64,000 bases of DNA, taken from Eledone cirrhosa (taxonomy: Eukaryota). The notes beneath the pieces are model-generated. The model was not told the origin of the DNA, did no database searches, and worked only from the letters and a program-made list of their open reading frames with translations. Made by a program: the position numbers and the translations under genes. This document shows positions 13,350-27,870 of this stretch, piece by piece (the stretch's first letter is position 1; every line of letters begins with the position of its first letter). The DNA lies in NCBI GenBank assembly GCA_964016885.1, contig OZ024740.1, positions 389,856,001 to 389,920,000 on the forward strand, in the 5' to 3' direction.

Positions 13350-15240
13350 TCGTAGTTAGAACCTCTGTTTATTCATGTTCTGTCGCAGTTAGAACCACTA
13401 TTTATTCATGTTCTGTCGCAGTTAGAACCTCTATTTATTCATGTTCTGTCGGAGTTAGAACATGTATTTATTCATTTTCTGTCGGAGTCAGAACCTGTAT
13501 TTATTTAGGTTCTGTCGGAGTTAGAACCTCTATTTATTCATGTTCTGTCGGAGTTAGAACATCTATTTATTCATGTTCTGTCGCATTTAGAACCTCTGTT
13601 TATTCATGTTTTGTCGGAGTTAGAACCTCTTGTCGGAGTTAGAACCTCTGTTTATTCATGTTCTTTCGGAGTTAAAACAGCTGTTTATTCATGTTCTGTC
13701 GCAGTTAGAACCACTATTTATTCATGTTCTGTCGGAGTTAGAAGCTCTATTTATTCATGTTCTGTCGCATTTAGAACCTCTGTTTATTCATGTTCTGTCG
13801 GAGTTAGAACCTCTTGTCGGAGTCAGAACCTCTATTTATTCATGTTTTTTCGGAGTTAGAACCTCTATTTATTCATGTTCTGTCGCAGTTAGAATCTCTA
13901 TTTATTCAATATCTGTCGCAGTTAGAACCTCTTGTCGGAGTCAGAACCTCTATTTATTCATGTTCAGTCGGAGTCAGAACCTCTATTTATTCATGTTCTG
14001 TCGGAGTTAGAACCTCTGTTTATTCATGTTCTGTCGGAGTTAGAACCGCTGTTTATTCATGTTCTGTCGGAGTCAGAACCTCTATTTATTCATGTTCTGT
14101 CGGAGTTAGAACCTCTGTTTATTCATGTTCTGTGGCAGTTAGAACCTCTATTTATTCATGTTCTGTCGCAGTTAGAATCTCTATTTATTCATGTTCTGTC
14201 GGAGTCAGAACCTCTATTTATTCATGTTCTGTCGGAGTGAGAACCTCTGTTTATTCATGTTCTGTCGGAGTTAGAACCTCTATTTATTCATGTTCTGTCG
14301 GAGTTAGAGCCTCTATTTATTCATGTTCTGTCGCAGTTAGAACCTCTATTTATTCAATATCTGTCGCAGTTAGAACCTCTTGTCGGAGTCAGAACCTCTA
14401 TTTATTCATGTTCTGTCGGAGTCAGAAACTCTATTCATTCATGTTATGTCGGAGTCAGAACCTCTATATATTCATGTTCTGTCGGAGTTAGAACCGCTGT
14501 TTATTCATGTTCTGTCGGAGTCAGAACCTCTATTTATTCATGTTCTGTCGTAGTTAGAACCTCTGTTTATTCATGTTCTGTCGCAGTTAGAACCACTATT
14601 TATTCATGTTCTGTCGCAGTTAGAATCTCTATTTATTCATGTTCTGTCGGAGTTAGAACATGTATTTATTCATTTTCTGTCGGAGTCAGAACCTGTATTT
14701 ATTTAGGTTCTGTCGGAGTTAGAACCTCTATTTATTCATGTTCTGTCGGAGTTAGAACATCTATTTATTCATGTTCTGTCGCATTTAGAACCTCTGTTTA
14801 TTCATGTTTTGTCGGAGTTAGAACCTCTTGTCGGAGTTAGAACCTCTGTTTATTCATGTTCTTTCGGAGTTAAAACAGCTGTTTATTCATGTTCTGTCGC
14901 AGTTAGAACCACTATTTATTCATGTTCTGTCGGAGTTAGAAGCTCTATTTATTCATGTTCTGTCGCATTTAGAACCTCTGTTTATTCATGTTCTGTCGGA
15001 GTTAGAACCTCTTGTCGGAGTCAGAACCTCTATTTATTCATGTTTTTTCGGAGTTAGAACCTCTATTTATTCATGTTCTGTCGCAGTTAGAATCTCTATT
15101 TATTCAATATCTGTCGCAGTTAGAACCTCTTGTCGGAGTCAGAACCTCTATTTATTCATGTTCAGTCGGAGTCAGAACCTCTATTTATTCATGTTCTGTC
15201 GGAGTTAGAACCTCTGTTTATTCATGTTCTGTCGCAGTTA
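13350..15240. repeat. ~0.7-kb block duplicated at a 1198-bp offset
   Basis: 13611->14809, 13630->14828, 13814->15012, 13932->15130. Shared CATTTTCT and AAAACAGCT variants. Confidence 0.85.
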
Positions 15241-16649
15241 GAACCTCTTGTCGGAGTCAGAACCTCTATTTATTCATGTTCTGTCGGAGTCAGAAACTCT
15301 ATTCATTCATGTTATGTCGGAGTCAGAACCTCTATATATTCATGTTCTGTCGGAGTTAGAACCGCTGTTTATTCATGTTCTGTCGGAGTCAGAACCTCTA
15401 TTTATTCATGTTCTGTCGGAGTTAGAACCTCTGTTTATTCATGTTCTGTCGCAGTTAGAAGCTCTATTTATTCATGTTCTGTCGCAGTTAGAATCTCTAT
15501 TTATTCATGTTCTGTCGGAGTCAGAACCTCTATTTATTCATGTTCTGTCGGAGTGAGAACCTCTGTTTATTCATGTTCTGTCGGAGTTAGAACCTCTATT
15601 TATTCATGTTCTGTCGGAGTTAGAGCCTCTATTTATTCATGTTCTGTCGCAGTTAGAACCTCTATTTATTCAATATCTGTCGCAGTTAGAACCTCTTGTC
15701 GGAGTCAGAACCTCTATTTATTCATGTTCTGTCGGAGTCAGAAACTCTATTCATTCATGTTATGTCGGAGTCAGAACCTCTATATATTCATGTTCTGTCG
15801 GAGTTAGAACCGCTGTTTATTCATGTTCTGTCGGAGTCAGAACCTCTATTTATTCATGTTCTGTCGGAGTGAGAACCTCTGTTTATTCATGTTCTGTCGG
15901 AGTTAGAACCTCTGTTTATTCATATTCTGTCGGAGTCAGAACCTCTATTTATTCATGTTCTGTCGGAGTTAGAACCTCTATTTATTCATGTTCTGTCGGA
16001 GTTAGAACCTCTATTTATTCATGTTCTGTCGCAGTTAGAATCTTTATTTATTCATGTTCTGTCGGAGTTAGAACCTCTATTTATTCATGTTCTGTCGGAG
16101 TTAGAACCTCTGTTTATTCATGTTCTGTCGGAGTGAGACCCTCTATTTATTCATGTTCTGTCGGAGTTAGAACCTCTATTTATTCATGTTCTGTCGGAGT
16201 TAGAACCTCTGATTATTCATGTTCTGTCGGAGTGAGACCCTCTATTTATTCATGTTCTGTCGGAGTTAGAACCTCTATTTCTTCATGTTCTGTCGGAGTT
16301 AGAACCTCTGTTTATTCATGTTCATTCGGAGTTAGAACCTCTGTTTATTCATGTTCTATCGGAGTTAGAACCTCTATTTATTCATGTTCTGTCGCAGTTA
16401 GAATCTCTATTTATTCAATATCTGTCGCAGTTAGAACCTCTTGTCGGAGTCAGAACCTCTATTTATTCATGTTCAGTCGGAGTCAGAACCTCTATTTATT
16501 CATGTTCTGTCGGAGTTAGAACCTCTGTTTATTCATGTTCTGTCGCAGTTAGAACCTCTATTTATTCATGTTCTGTGGGAGTTAGAACCTCGATTTATTC
16601 ATGTTCTGTCGGAGTTAGAACCTCTGTTTATTCATGTTCTGTCGGAGTC

Positions 16650-19600
16650 AGAACCTCTATTTATTCATGTTCTGTCGGAGTGAGAACCTCTGTTTATTCA
16701 TGTTCTGTCGGAGTTAGAACCTCTATTTATTCATGTTCTGTCGGAGTTAGAGCCTATATTTATTCATGTTCTGTCGCAGTTAGAACCTCTATTTATTCAA
16801 TATCTGTCGCAGTTAGAACCTCTTGTCGGAGTTAGAACCTCTATTTATTCATGTTCTGTCGGAGTCAGAACCTCTGTTTATTCATGTTCTGTCGGAGTTA
16901 GAACCTCTATTTATTCATGTTCTTTCGGAGTTAGAACCTCTGTTTATTCATGTTCTTTCGGAGTTAGAACCTCGATTTATTCATGTTCTGTCGGAGTTAG
17001 AACCTCTATTTATTCATCTTCTGTCGGAGTTAGAACCTCTATTTATTCATGTTCTGTCGGAGTTGGAATCTCTATTCATTCATGTTCTGTCGGAGTTAGA
17101 ACCTCTGTTTATTCATGTTCTGTCGGAGTGAGACCCTCTATTTATTCATGTTCTGTCGGAGTTAGAACCTCTATTTATTCATGTTCTGTCGGAGTTAGAA
17201 CCTCTGTTTATTCATGTTCTGTCGGAGTTAGAACCTCTATTTATTCATGTTCTGTCGCAGTTAGAATCTCTATTTATTCATGTTCTGTCGGAGTTAGAAC
17301 CTCTATTTATTCATGTTCTGTCGGAGTTAGAACCTCTATTTATTCATGTTCTGTCGCAGTTAGAATCTCTATTTATTCATGTTCTGTCGGAGTTAGAACC
17401 TCTATTTATTCATGTTCTGTCGGAGTTAGAACCTCTATTTATTCATGTTCTGTCGCAGTTAGAATCTCTATTTATTCATGTTCTGTCGGAGTTAGAACCT
17501 CTATTTATTCATGTTCTGTCGGAGTTAGAACCTCTATTTATTCATGTTCTGTCGCAGTTAGGATCTCTATTTATTCATGTTCTGTCGGAGTTAGAACCTC
17601 TATTTATTCATGTTCTGTCGGAGTTAGAACCTCTATTTATTCATGTTCTGTCGCCGTTAGAATCTCTATTTATTCATGTTCTGTCGGAGTTAGAACCTCT
17701 ATTTATTCATGTTCTGTCGGAGTTAGAACCTCTGTTTATTCATGTTCTGTCGGAGTGAGACCCTCTATTTATTCATGTTCTGTCGGAGTTAGAACCTCTA
17801 TTTATTCATGTTCTGTCGGAGTTAGAACCTCTGTTTATTCATGTTCTTTCGGAGTTAGAACCTCTATTTATTCATGTTCTTTCGGAGTTAGAACCTCTAT
17901 TTATTCATGTTCTGTCGCAGTTAGAACCTCTTTTCGGAGTTACAACCTCTATTTATTCATGTTCTGTCGGAGTTAGAACCTCTATTTATTCATGTTCTGT
18001 CGGAGTTAGAACCTCTGTTTATTCATGTTCTGTCGCAGTTAGAACCTCTATTTATTCATGTTCTGTGGGAGTTAGAACCTCGATTTATTCATGTTCTGTC
18101 GGAGTTAGAACCTCTGTTTATTCATGTTCTGTCGGACTCAGAACCTCTATTTATTCATGTTCTGTCGGAGTGAGAACCTCTGTTTATTCATGTTCTGTCG
18201 GAGTTAGAACCTCTATTTATTCATGTTCTGTCGGAGTTAGAGCCTCTATTTATTCATGTTCTGTCGCAGTTAGAACCTCTATTTATTCAATATCTGTCGC
18301 AGTTAGAACCTCTTGTCGGAGTTAGAACATCTATTTATTCATGTTCTGTCGGAGTCAGAACCTCTGTTTATTCATGTTCTGTCGGAGTTAGAACCTCTAT
18401 TTATTCATGTTCTTTCGGAGTTAGAACCTCTGTTTATTCATGTTCTTTCGGAGTTAGAACCTCGATTTATTCATGTTCTGTCGGAGTTAGAACCTCTATT
18501 TATTCATGTTCTGTCGGAGTTAGAACCTCTATTTATTCATGTTCTGTCGGAGTTAGAACCTCTATTTATTCATGTTCTGTCGCAGTTAGAATCTCTATTT
18601 ATTCATGTTCTGTCGGAGTTAGAACCTCTATTTATTCATGTTCTGTCGGAGTTAGAACCTCTGTTTATTCATGTTCTGTCGGAGTGAGACCCTCTATTTA
18701 TTCCTGTTCTGTCGGAGTTAGAACCTCTATTTATTCATGTTCTGTCGGAGTTAGAACCTCTGTTTATTCATGTTCTGTCGGAGTGAGACCCTCTATTTAT
18801 TCATGTTCTGTCGGAGTTAGAACCTCTATTTATTCATGTTCTGTCGGAGTTAGAACCTCTGTTTATTCATGTTCATTCGGAGTTAGAACCTCTGTTTATT
18901 CATGTTCTATCGGAGTTAGAACCTCTATTTATTCATGTTCTGTCGCAGTTAGAATCTCTATTTATTCAATATCTGTCGCAGTTAGAACCTCTTGTCGGAG
19001 TCAGAACCTCTATTTATTCATGTTCAGTCGGAGTCAGAACCTCTATTTATTCATGTTCTGTCGGAGTTAGAACCTCTGTTTATTCATGTTCTGTCGCAGT
19101 TAGAACCTCTATTTATTCATGTTCTGTGGGAGTTAGAACCTAGATTTATTCATGTTCTGTCGGAGTTAGAACCTCTGTTTATTCATGTTCTGTCGGAGTC
19201 AGAACCTCTATTTATTCATGTTCTGTCGGAGTGAGAACCTCTGTTTATTCATGTTCTGTCGGAGTTAGAACCTCTATTTATTCATGTTCTGTCGGAGTTA
19301 GAACCTCTGTTTATTCATGTTCTGTCGGAGTCAGAACCTCTATTTATTCATGTTCTGTCGGAGTGAGAACCTCTGTTTATTCATGTTCTGTCGGAGTCAG
19401 AACCTCTATTTATTCATGTTCTGTCGGAGTGAGAACCTCTGTTTATTCATGTTCTGTCGGAGTTAGAACCTCTATTTATTCATGTTCTGTCGGAGTTAGA
19501 GCCTATATTTATTCATGTTCTGTCGCAGTTAGAACCTCTATTTATTCAATATCTGTCGCAGTTAGAACCTCTTGTCGGAGTTAGAACCTCTATTTATTCA

Positions 19601-22050
19601 TGTTCTGTCGGAGTCAGAACCTCTGTTTATTCATGTTCTGTCGGAGTTAGAACCTCTATTTATTCATGTTCTTTCGGAGTTAGAACCTCTGTTTATTCAT
19701 GTTCTTTCGGAGTTAGAACCTCGATTTATTCATGTTCTGTCGGAGTTAGAACCTCTATTTATTCATCTTCTGTCGGAGTTAGAACCTCTATTTATTCATG
19801 TTCTGTCGGAGTTGGAATCTCTATTCATTCATGTTCTGTCGGAGTTAGAACCTCTGTTTATTCATGTTCTGTCGGAGTGAGACCCTCTATTTATTCATGT
19901 TCTGTCGGAGTTAGAACCTCTATTTATTCATGTTCTGTCGGAGTTAGAACCTCTGTTTATTCATGTTCTGTCGGAGTTAGAACCTCTATTTATTCATGTT
20001 CTGTCGCAGTTAGAATCTCTATTTATTCATGTTCTGTCGGAGTTAGAACCTCTATTTATTCATGTTCTGTCGGAGTTAGAACCTCTATTTATTCATGTTC
20101 TGTCGCAGTTAGAATCTCTATTTATTCATGTTCTGTCGGAGTTAGAACCTCTATTTATTCATGTTCTGTCGGAGTTAGAACCTCTATTTATTCATGTTCT
20201 GTCGCAGTTAGAATCTCTATTTATTCATGTTCTGTCGGAGTTAGAACCTCTATTTATTCATGTTCTGTCGGAGTTAGAACCTCTATTTATTCATGTTCTG
20301 TCGCAGTTAGGATCTCTATTTATTCATGTTCTGTCGGAGTTAGAACCTCTATTTATTCATGTTCTGTCGGAGTTAGAACCTCTATTTATTCATGTTCTGT
20401 CGCCGTTAGAATCTCTATTTATTCATGTTCTGTCGGAGTTAGAACCTCTATTTATTCATGTTCTGTCGGAGTTAGAACCTCTGTTTATTCATGTTCTGTC
20501 GGAGTGAGACCCTCTATTTATTCATGTTCTGTCGGAGTTAGAACCTCTATTTATTCATGTTCTGTCGGAGTTAGAACCTCTGTTTATTCATGTTCTTTCG
20601 GAGTTAGAACCTCTATTTATTCATGTTCTTTCGGAGTTAGAACCTCTATTTATTCATGTTCTGTCGCAGTTAGAACCTCTTTTCGGAGTTACAACCTCTA
20701 TTTATTCATGTTCTGTCGGAGTTAGAACCTCTATTTATTCATGTTCTGTCGGAGTTAGAACCTCTGTTTATTCATGTTCTGTCGCAGTTAGAACCTCTAT
20801 TTATTCATGTTCTGTGGGAGTTAGAACCTCGATTTATTCATGTTCTGTCGGAGTTAGAACCTCTGTTTATTCATGTTCTGTCGGACTCAGAACCTCTATT
20901 TATTCATGTTCTGTCGGAGTGAGAACCTCTGTTTATTCATGTTCTGTCGGAGTTAGAACCTCTATTTATTCATGTTCTGTCGGAGTTAGAGCCTCTATTT
21001 ATTCATGTTCTGTCGCAGTTAGAACCTCTATTTATTCAATATCTGTCGCAGTTAGAACCTCTTGTCGGAGTTAGAACATCTATTTATTCATGTTCTGTCG
21101 GAGTCAGAACCTCTGTTTATTCATGTTCTGTCGGAGTTAGAACCTCTATTTATTCATGTTCTTTCGGAGTTAGAACCTCTGTTTATTCATGTTCTTTCGG
21201 AGTTAGAACCTCGATTTATTCATGTTCTGTCGGAGTTAGAACCTCTATTTATTCATGTTCTGTCGGAGTTAGAACCTCTATTTATTCATGTTCTGTCGGA
21301 GTTAGAACCTCTATTTATTCATGTTCTGTCGCAGTTAGAATCTCTATTTATTCATGTTCTGTCGGAGTTAGAACCTCTATTTATTCATGTTCTGTCGGAG
21401 TTAGAACCTCTGTTTATTCATGTTCTGTCGGAGTGAGACCCTCTATTTATTCCTGTTCTGTCGGAGTTAGAACCTCTATTTATTCATGTTCTGTCGGAGT
21501 TAGAACCTCTGTTTATTCATGTTCTGTCGGAGTGAGACCCTCTATTTATTCATGTTCTGTCGGAGTTAGAACCTCTATTTATTCATGTTCTGTCGGAGTT
21601 AGAACCTCTGTTTATTCATGTTCATTCGGAGTTAGAACCTCTGTTTATTCATGTTCTATCGGAGTTAGAACCTCTATTTATTCATGTTCTGTCGCAGTTA
21701 GAATCTCTATTTATTCAATATCTGTCGCAGTTAGAACCTCTTGTCGGAGTCAGAACCTCTATTTATTCATGTTCAGTCGGAGTCAGAACCTCTATTTATT
21801 CATGTTCTGTCGGAGTTAGAACCTCTGTTTATTCATGTTCTGTCGCAGTTAGAACCTCTATTTATTCATGTTCTGTGGGAGTTAGAACCTAGATTTATTC
21901 ATGTTCTGTCGGAGTTAGAACCTCTGTTTATTCATGTTCTGTCGGAGTCAGAACCTCTATTTATTCATGTTCTGTCGGAGTGAGAACCTCTGTTTATTCA
22001 TGTTCTGTCGGAGTTAGAACCTCTATTTATTCATGTTCTGTCGGAGTTAG
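16650..22050. repeat. 2749-bp tandem duplication (2 copies)
   Basis: 16823->19572, 17128->19877, 18065->20814, 18313->21062 and 18992->21741 all have offset 2749. Private markers are TTAGGATCT, GGACTCAG, TTCCTGTT and AACCTAGAT. Confidence 0.93.
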
Positions 22051-24804
22051 AGCCTCTATTTATTCATGTTCTGTCGCAGTTAGAACCTCTATTTATTCAA
22101 TATCTGTCGCAGTTAGAACCTCTTGTCGGAGTCAGAACCTCTATTTATTCATGTTCTGTCGGAGTAAGAACCTCTGTTTATTCATGTTCTATCGGAGTTA
22201 GAACCTTATTTTTTCATGTTCTGTCGTAGTTAGAACCTCTGTTTATTCATGTTCTGTCGCAGTTAGAACCACTATTTATTCATGTTCTGTCTCAGTTAGA
22301 ACCTCTATTTATTCATGTTCTGTCGGAGTTAGAACATGTATTTATTCATGTTCTGTCGGAGTCAGAACCTGTATTTATTTAGGTTCTGTCGGAGTTAGAA
22401 CCTCTATTTATTCATGTTCTGTCGGAGTTAGAACATCTATTTATTCATGTTCTGTCGCATTTAGAACCTCTGTTTATTCATGTTTTGTCGGAGTTAGAAC
22501 CTCTTGTCGGAGTTATAACCTCTGTTTATTCATGTTCTTTCGGAGTTAAAACAGCTGTTTATTCATGTTCTGTCGCAGTTAGAACCACTATTTATTCATG
22601 TTCTGTTGGAGTTAGAAGCTCTATTTATTCATGTTCTGTCGCATTTAGAACCTCTGTTTATTCATGTTCTGTCGGAGTTAGAACCTCTATTTATTCATGT
22701 TTTTTCGGAGTTAAAACCTCTATTTATTCATGTTCTGTCGCAGTTAGAATCTCTATTTATTCAATATCTGTCGCAGTTAGAACCTCTTGTCGGAGTCAGA
22801 ACCTCTATTTATTCATGTTCAGTCGGAGTCAGAACCTCTATTTATTCATGTTCTGTCGGAGTTAGAACCTCTGTTTATTCATGTTCTGTCGCAGTTAGAA
22901 CCTCTATTTATTCATGTTCTGTCGCAGTTAGAATCTCTATTTATTCATGTTCTGTCGGAGTCAGAACCTCTATTTATTCATGTTCTGTCGGAGTGAGAAC
23001 CTCTGTTTATTCATGTTCTGTCGGAGTTAGAACCTCTATTTATTCATGTTCTGTCGGAGTTAGAGCCTCTATTTATTCATGTTCTGACGCAGTTAGAACC
23101 TCTATTTATTCAATATCTGTCGCAGTTAGAACCTCTTGTCGGAGTCAGAACCTCTATTTATTCATGTTCTGTCGGAGTCAGAAACTCTATTCATTCATGT
23201 TATGTCGGAGTCAGAACCTCTATATATTCATGTTCTGTCGGAGTTAGAACCGCTGTTTATTCATGTTCTGTCGGAGTTAGAACCTCTGTTTATTCATATT
23301 CTGTCGGAGTCAGAACCTCTATTTATTCATGTTCTGTCGGAGTTAGAACCTCTATTTATTCATGTTTTGTCGGAGTTAGAACCTCTATTTATTCATGTTC
23401 TGTCGCAGTTAGAATCTCTATTTATTCATGTTCTGTCGGAGTTAGAACCTCTATTTATTCATGTTCTGTCGGAGTTAGAACCTCTGTTTATTCATGTTCT
23501 GTCGGAGTGAGACCCTCTATTTATTCATGTTCTGTCGGAGTTAGAACCTCTATTTATTCATGTTCTGTCGGAGTTAGAACCTCTGTTTATTCATGTTCTG
23601 TCGGTGTGAGACCCTCTATTTATTCATGTTCTGTCGGAGTTAGAACCTCTATTTCTTCATGTTCTGTCGGAGTTAGAACCTCTGTTTATTCATGTTCATT
23701 CGGAGTTAGAACCTCTGTTTATTCATGTTCTATCGGAGTTAGAACCTCTATTTATTCATGTTCTGTCGCAGTTAGAATCTCTATTTATTCAATATCTGTC
23801 GCAGTTAGAACCTCTTGTCGGAGTCAGAACCTCTATTTATTCATGTTCAGTCGGAGTCAGAACCTCTATTTATTCATGTTCTGTCGGAGTTAGAACCTCT
23901 GTTTATTCATGTTCTGTGGGAGTTAGAACCTCGATTTATTCATGTTCTGTCGGAGTTAGAACCTCTGTTTATTCATGTTCTGTCGGAGTCAGAACCTCTA
24001 TTTATTCATGTTCTGTCGGAGTGAGAACCTCTGTTTATTCATGTTCTGTCGGACTTAGAACCTCTATTTATTCATGTTCTGTCGGAGTTAGAGCCTCTAT
24101 TTATTCATGTTCTGTCGCAGTTAGAACCTCTATTTTTTCAATATCTGTCGCAGTTAGAACCTCTTGTCGGAGTTAGAACATCTATTTATTCATGTTCTGT
24201 CGGAGTCAGAACCTCTATTTATTCATGTTCTTTCGGAGTTAGAACCTCTATTTATTCATGTTCTGTCGCAGTTAGAATCTCTATTTATTCAATATCTGTC
24301 GCAGTTAGAACCTCTTGTCGGAGTCAGAACCTCTATTTATTCATGTTCAGTCGGAGTCAGAACCTCTATTTATTCATGTTCTGTCGGAGTTAGAACCTCT
24401 GTTTATTCATGTTCTGTCGCAGTTAGAACCTCTATTTATTCATGTTCTGTGGGAGTTAGAACCTCGATTTATTCATGTTCTGTCGGAGTTAGAACCTCTG
24501 TTTATTCATGTTCTGTCGGAGTCAGAACCTCTATTTATTCATGTTCTGTCGGAGTGAGAACCTCTGTTTATTCATGTTCTGTCGGAGTTAGAACCTCTAT
24601 TTATTCATGTTCTGTCGGAGTTAGAGCCTCTATTTATTCATGTTCTGTCGCAGTTAGAACCTCTATTTATTCAATATCTGTCGCAGTTAGAACCTCTTGT
24701 CGGAGTCAGAACCTCTATTTATTCATGTTCTGTCGGAGTAAGAACCTCTATTTATTCATGTTCTATCGGAGTTAGAACCTTATTTTTTCATGTTCTGTCG
24801 TAGT

Positions 24805-27800
24805 TAGAACCTCTGTTTATTCATGTTCTGTCGCAGTTAGAACCACTATTTATTCATGTTCTGTCTCAGTTAGAACCTCTATTTATTCATGTTCTGTCGG
24901 AGTTAGAACATGTATTTATTCATGTTCTGTCGGAGTCAGAACCTGTATTTATTTAGGTTCTGTCGGAGTTAGAACCTCTATTTATTCATGTTCTGTCGGA
25001 GTTAGAACATCTATTTATTCATGTTCTGTCGCATTTAGAACCTCTGTTTATTCATGTTTTGTCGGAGTTAGAACCTCTTGTCGGAGTTATAACCTCTGTT
25101 TATTCATGTTCTTTCGGAGTTAAAACAGCTGTTTATTCATGTTCTGTCGCAGTTAGAACCACTATTTATTCATGTTCTGTTGGAGTTAGAAGCTCTATTT
25201 ATTCATGTTCTGTCGCATTTAGAACCTCTGTTTATTCATGTTCTGTCGGAGTTAGAACCTCTTGTCGGAGTCAGAACCTCTATTTATTCATGTTTTTTCG
25301 GAGTTAGAACCTCTATTTATTCATGTTCTGTCGCAGTTAGAATCTCTATTTATTCAATATCTGTCGCAGTTAGAACCTCTTGTCGGAGTCAGAACCTCTA
25401 TTTATTCATGTTCAGTCGGAGTCAGAACCTCTATTTATTCATGTTCTGTCGGAGTTAGAACCTCTGTTTATTCATGTTCTGTCGCAGTTAGAACCTCTAT
25501 TTATTCATGTTCTGTCGCAGTTAGAATCTCTATTTATTCATGTTCTGTCGGAGTCAGAACCTCTACTTATTCATGTTCTGTCGGAGTGAGAACCTCTGTT
25601 TATTCATGTTCTGTCGGAGTTAGAACCTCTATTTATTCATGTTCTGTCGGAGTTAGAGCCTCTATTTATTCATGTTCTGACGCAGTTAGAACCTCTATTT
25701 ATTCAATATCTGTCGCAGTTAGAACCTCTTGTCGGAGACAGAACCTCTATTTATTCATGTTCTGTCGGAGTCAGAAACTCTATTCATTCATGTTATGTCG
25801 GAGTCAGAACCTCTATATATTCATGTTCTGTCGGAGTTAGAACCGCTGTTTATTCATGTTCTGTCGGAGTCAGAACCTCTATTTATTCATGTTCTGTCGG
25901 AGTGAGAACCTCTGTTTATTCATGTTCTGTCGGAGTTAGAACCTCTGTTTATTCATATTCTGTCGGAGTCAGAACCTCTATTTATTCATGTTCTGACGGA
26001 GTTAGAACCTCTATTTATTCATGTTCTGTCGGAGTTAGAACCTCTATTTATTCATGTTCTGTCGCAGTTAGAATCTCTATTTATTCATGTTCTGTCGGAG
26101 TTAGAACCTCTATTTATTCATGTTCTGTCGGAGTTAGAACCTCTGTTTATTCATGTTCTGTCGGAGTGAGACCCTCTATTTATTCATGTTCTGTCGGAGT
26201 TAGAACCTCTATTTATTCATGTTCTGTCGGAGTTAGAACCTCTGTTTATTCATGTTCTGTCGGAGTGAGACCCTCTATTTATTCATGTTCTGTCGGAGTT
26301 ACAACCTCTATTTCTTCATGTTCTGTCGGAGTTAGAACCTCTGTTTATTCATGTTCTGTCGCAGTTAGAACCACTATTTATTCATGTTCTGTCTCAGTTA
26401 GAACCTCTATTTATTCATGTTCTGTCGGAGTTAGAACATGTATTTATTCATGTTCTGTCGGAGTCAGAACCTGTATTTATTTAGGTTCTGTCGGAGTTAG
26501 AACCTCTATTTATTCATGTTCTGTCGGAGTTAGAACATCTATTTATTCATGTTCTGTCGCATTTAGAACCTCTGTTTATTCATGTTTTGTCGGAGTTAGA
26601 ACCTCTTGTCGGAGTTATAACCTCTGTTTATTCATGTTCTTTCGGAGTTAAAACAGCTGTTTATTCATGTTCTGTCGCAGTTAGAACCACTATTTATTCA
26701 TGTTCTGTTGGAGTTAGAAGCTCTATTTATTCATGTTCTGTCGCATTTAGAACCTCTGTTTATTCATGTTCTGTCGGAGTTAGAACCTCTTGTCGGAGTC
26801 AGAACCTCTATTTATTCATGTTTTTTCGGAGTTAGAACCTCTATTTATTCATGTTCTGTCGCAGTTAGAATCTCTATTTATTCAATATCTGTCGCAGTTA
26901 GAACCTCTTGTCGGAGTCAGAACCTCTATTTATTCATGTTCAGTCGGAGTCAGAACCTCTATTTATTCATGTTCTGTCGGAGTTAGAACCTCTGTTTATT
27001 CATGTTCTGTCGCAGTTAGAACCTCTATTTATTCATGTTCTGTCGCAGTTAGAATCTCTATTTATTCATGTTCTGTCGGAGTCAGAACCTCTATTTATTC
27101 ATGTTCTGTCGGAGTGAGAACCTCTGTTTATTCATGTTCTGTCGGAGTTAGAACCTCTATTTATTCATGTTCTGTCGGAGTTAGAGCCTCTATTTATTCA
27201 TGTTCTGACGCAGTTAGAACCTCTATTTATTCAATATCTGTCGCAGTTAGAACCTCTTGTCGGAGACAGAACCTCTATTTATTCATGTTCTGTCGGAGTC
27301 AGAAACTCTATTCATTCATGTTATGTCGGAGTCAGAACCTCTATATATTCATGTTCTGTCGGAGTTAGAACCGCTGTTTATTCATGTTCTGTCGGAGTCA
27401 GAACCTCTATTTATTCATGTTCTGTCGGAGTGAGAACCTCTGTTTATTCATGTTCTGTCGGAGTTAGAACCTCTGTTTATTCATATTCTGTCGGAGTCAG
27501 AACCTCTATTTATTCATGTTCTGACGGAGTTAGAACCTCTATTTATTCATGTTCTGTCGGAGTTAGAACCTCTATTTATTCATGTTCTGTCGCAGTTAGA
27601 ATCTCTATTTATTCATGTTCTGTCGGAGTTAGAACCTCTATTTATTCATGTTCTGTCGGAGTTAGAACCTCTGTTTATTCATGTTCTGTCGGAGTGAGAC
27701 CCTCTATTTATTCATGTTCTGTCGGAGTTAGAACCTCTATTTATTCATGTTCTGTCGGAGTTAGAACCTCTGTTTATTCATGTTCTGTCGGAGTGAGACC

Positions 27801-27870
27801 CTCTATTTATTCATGTTCTGTCGGAGTTACAACCTCTATTTCTTCATGTTCTGTCGGAGTTAGAACCTCT
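24805..27870. repeat. 1528-bp tandem duplication (2 copies); a related copy lies 2574 bp upstream
   Basis: 25059->26587, 25262->26790, 25902->27430. Shared GAGACAGAAC and TTCTGACGGA variants. The related copy is shown by 22485->25059. Confidence 0.9.
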
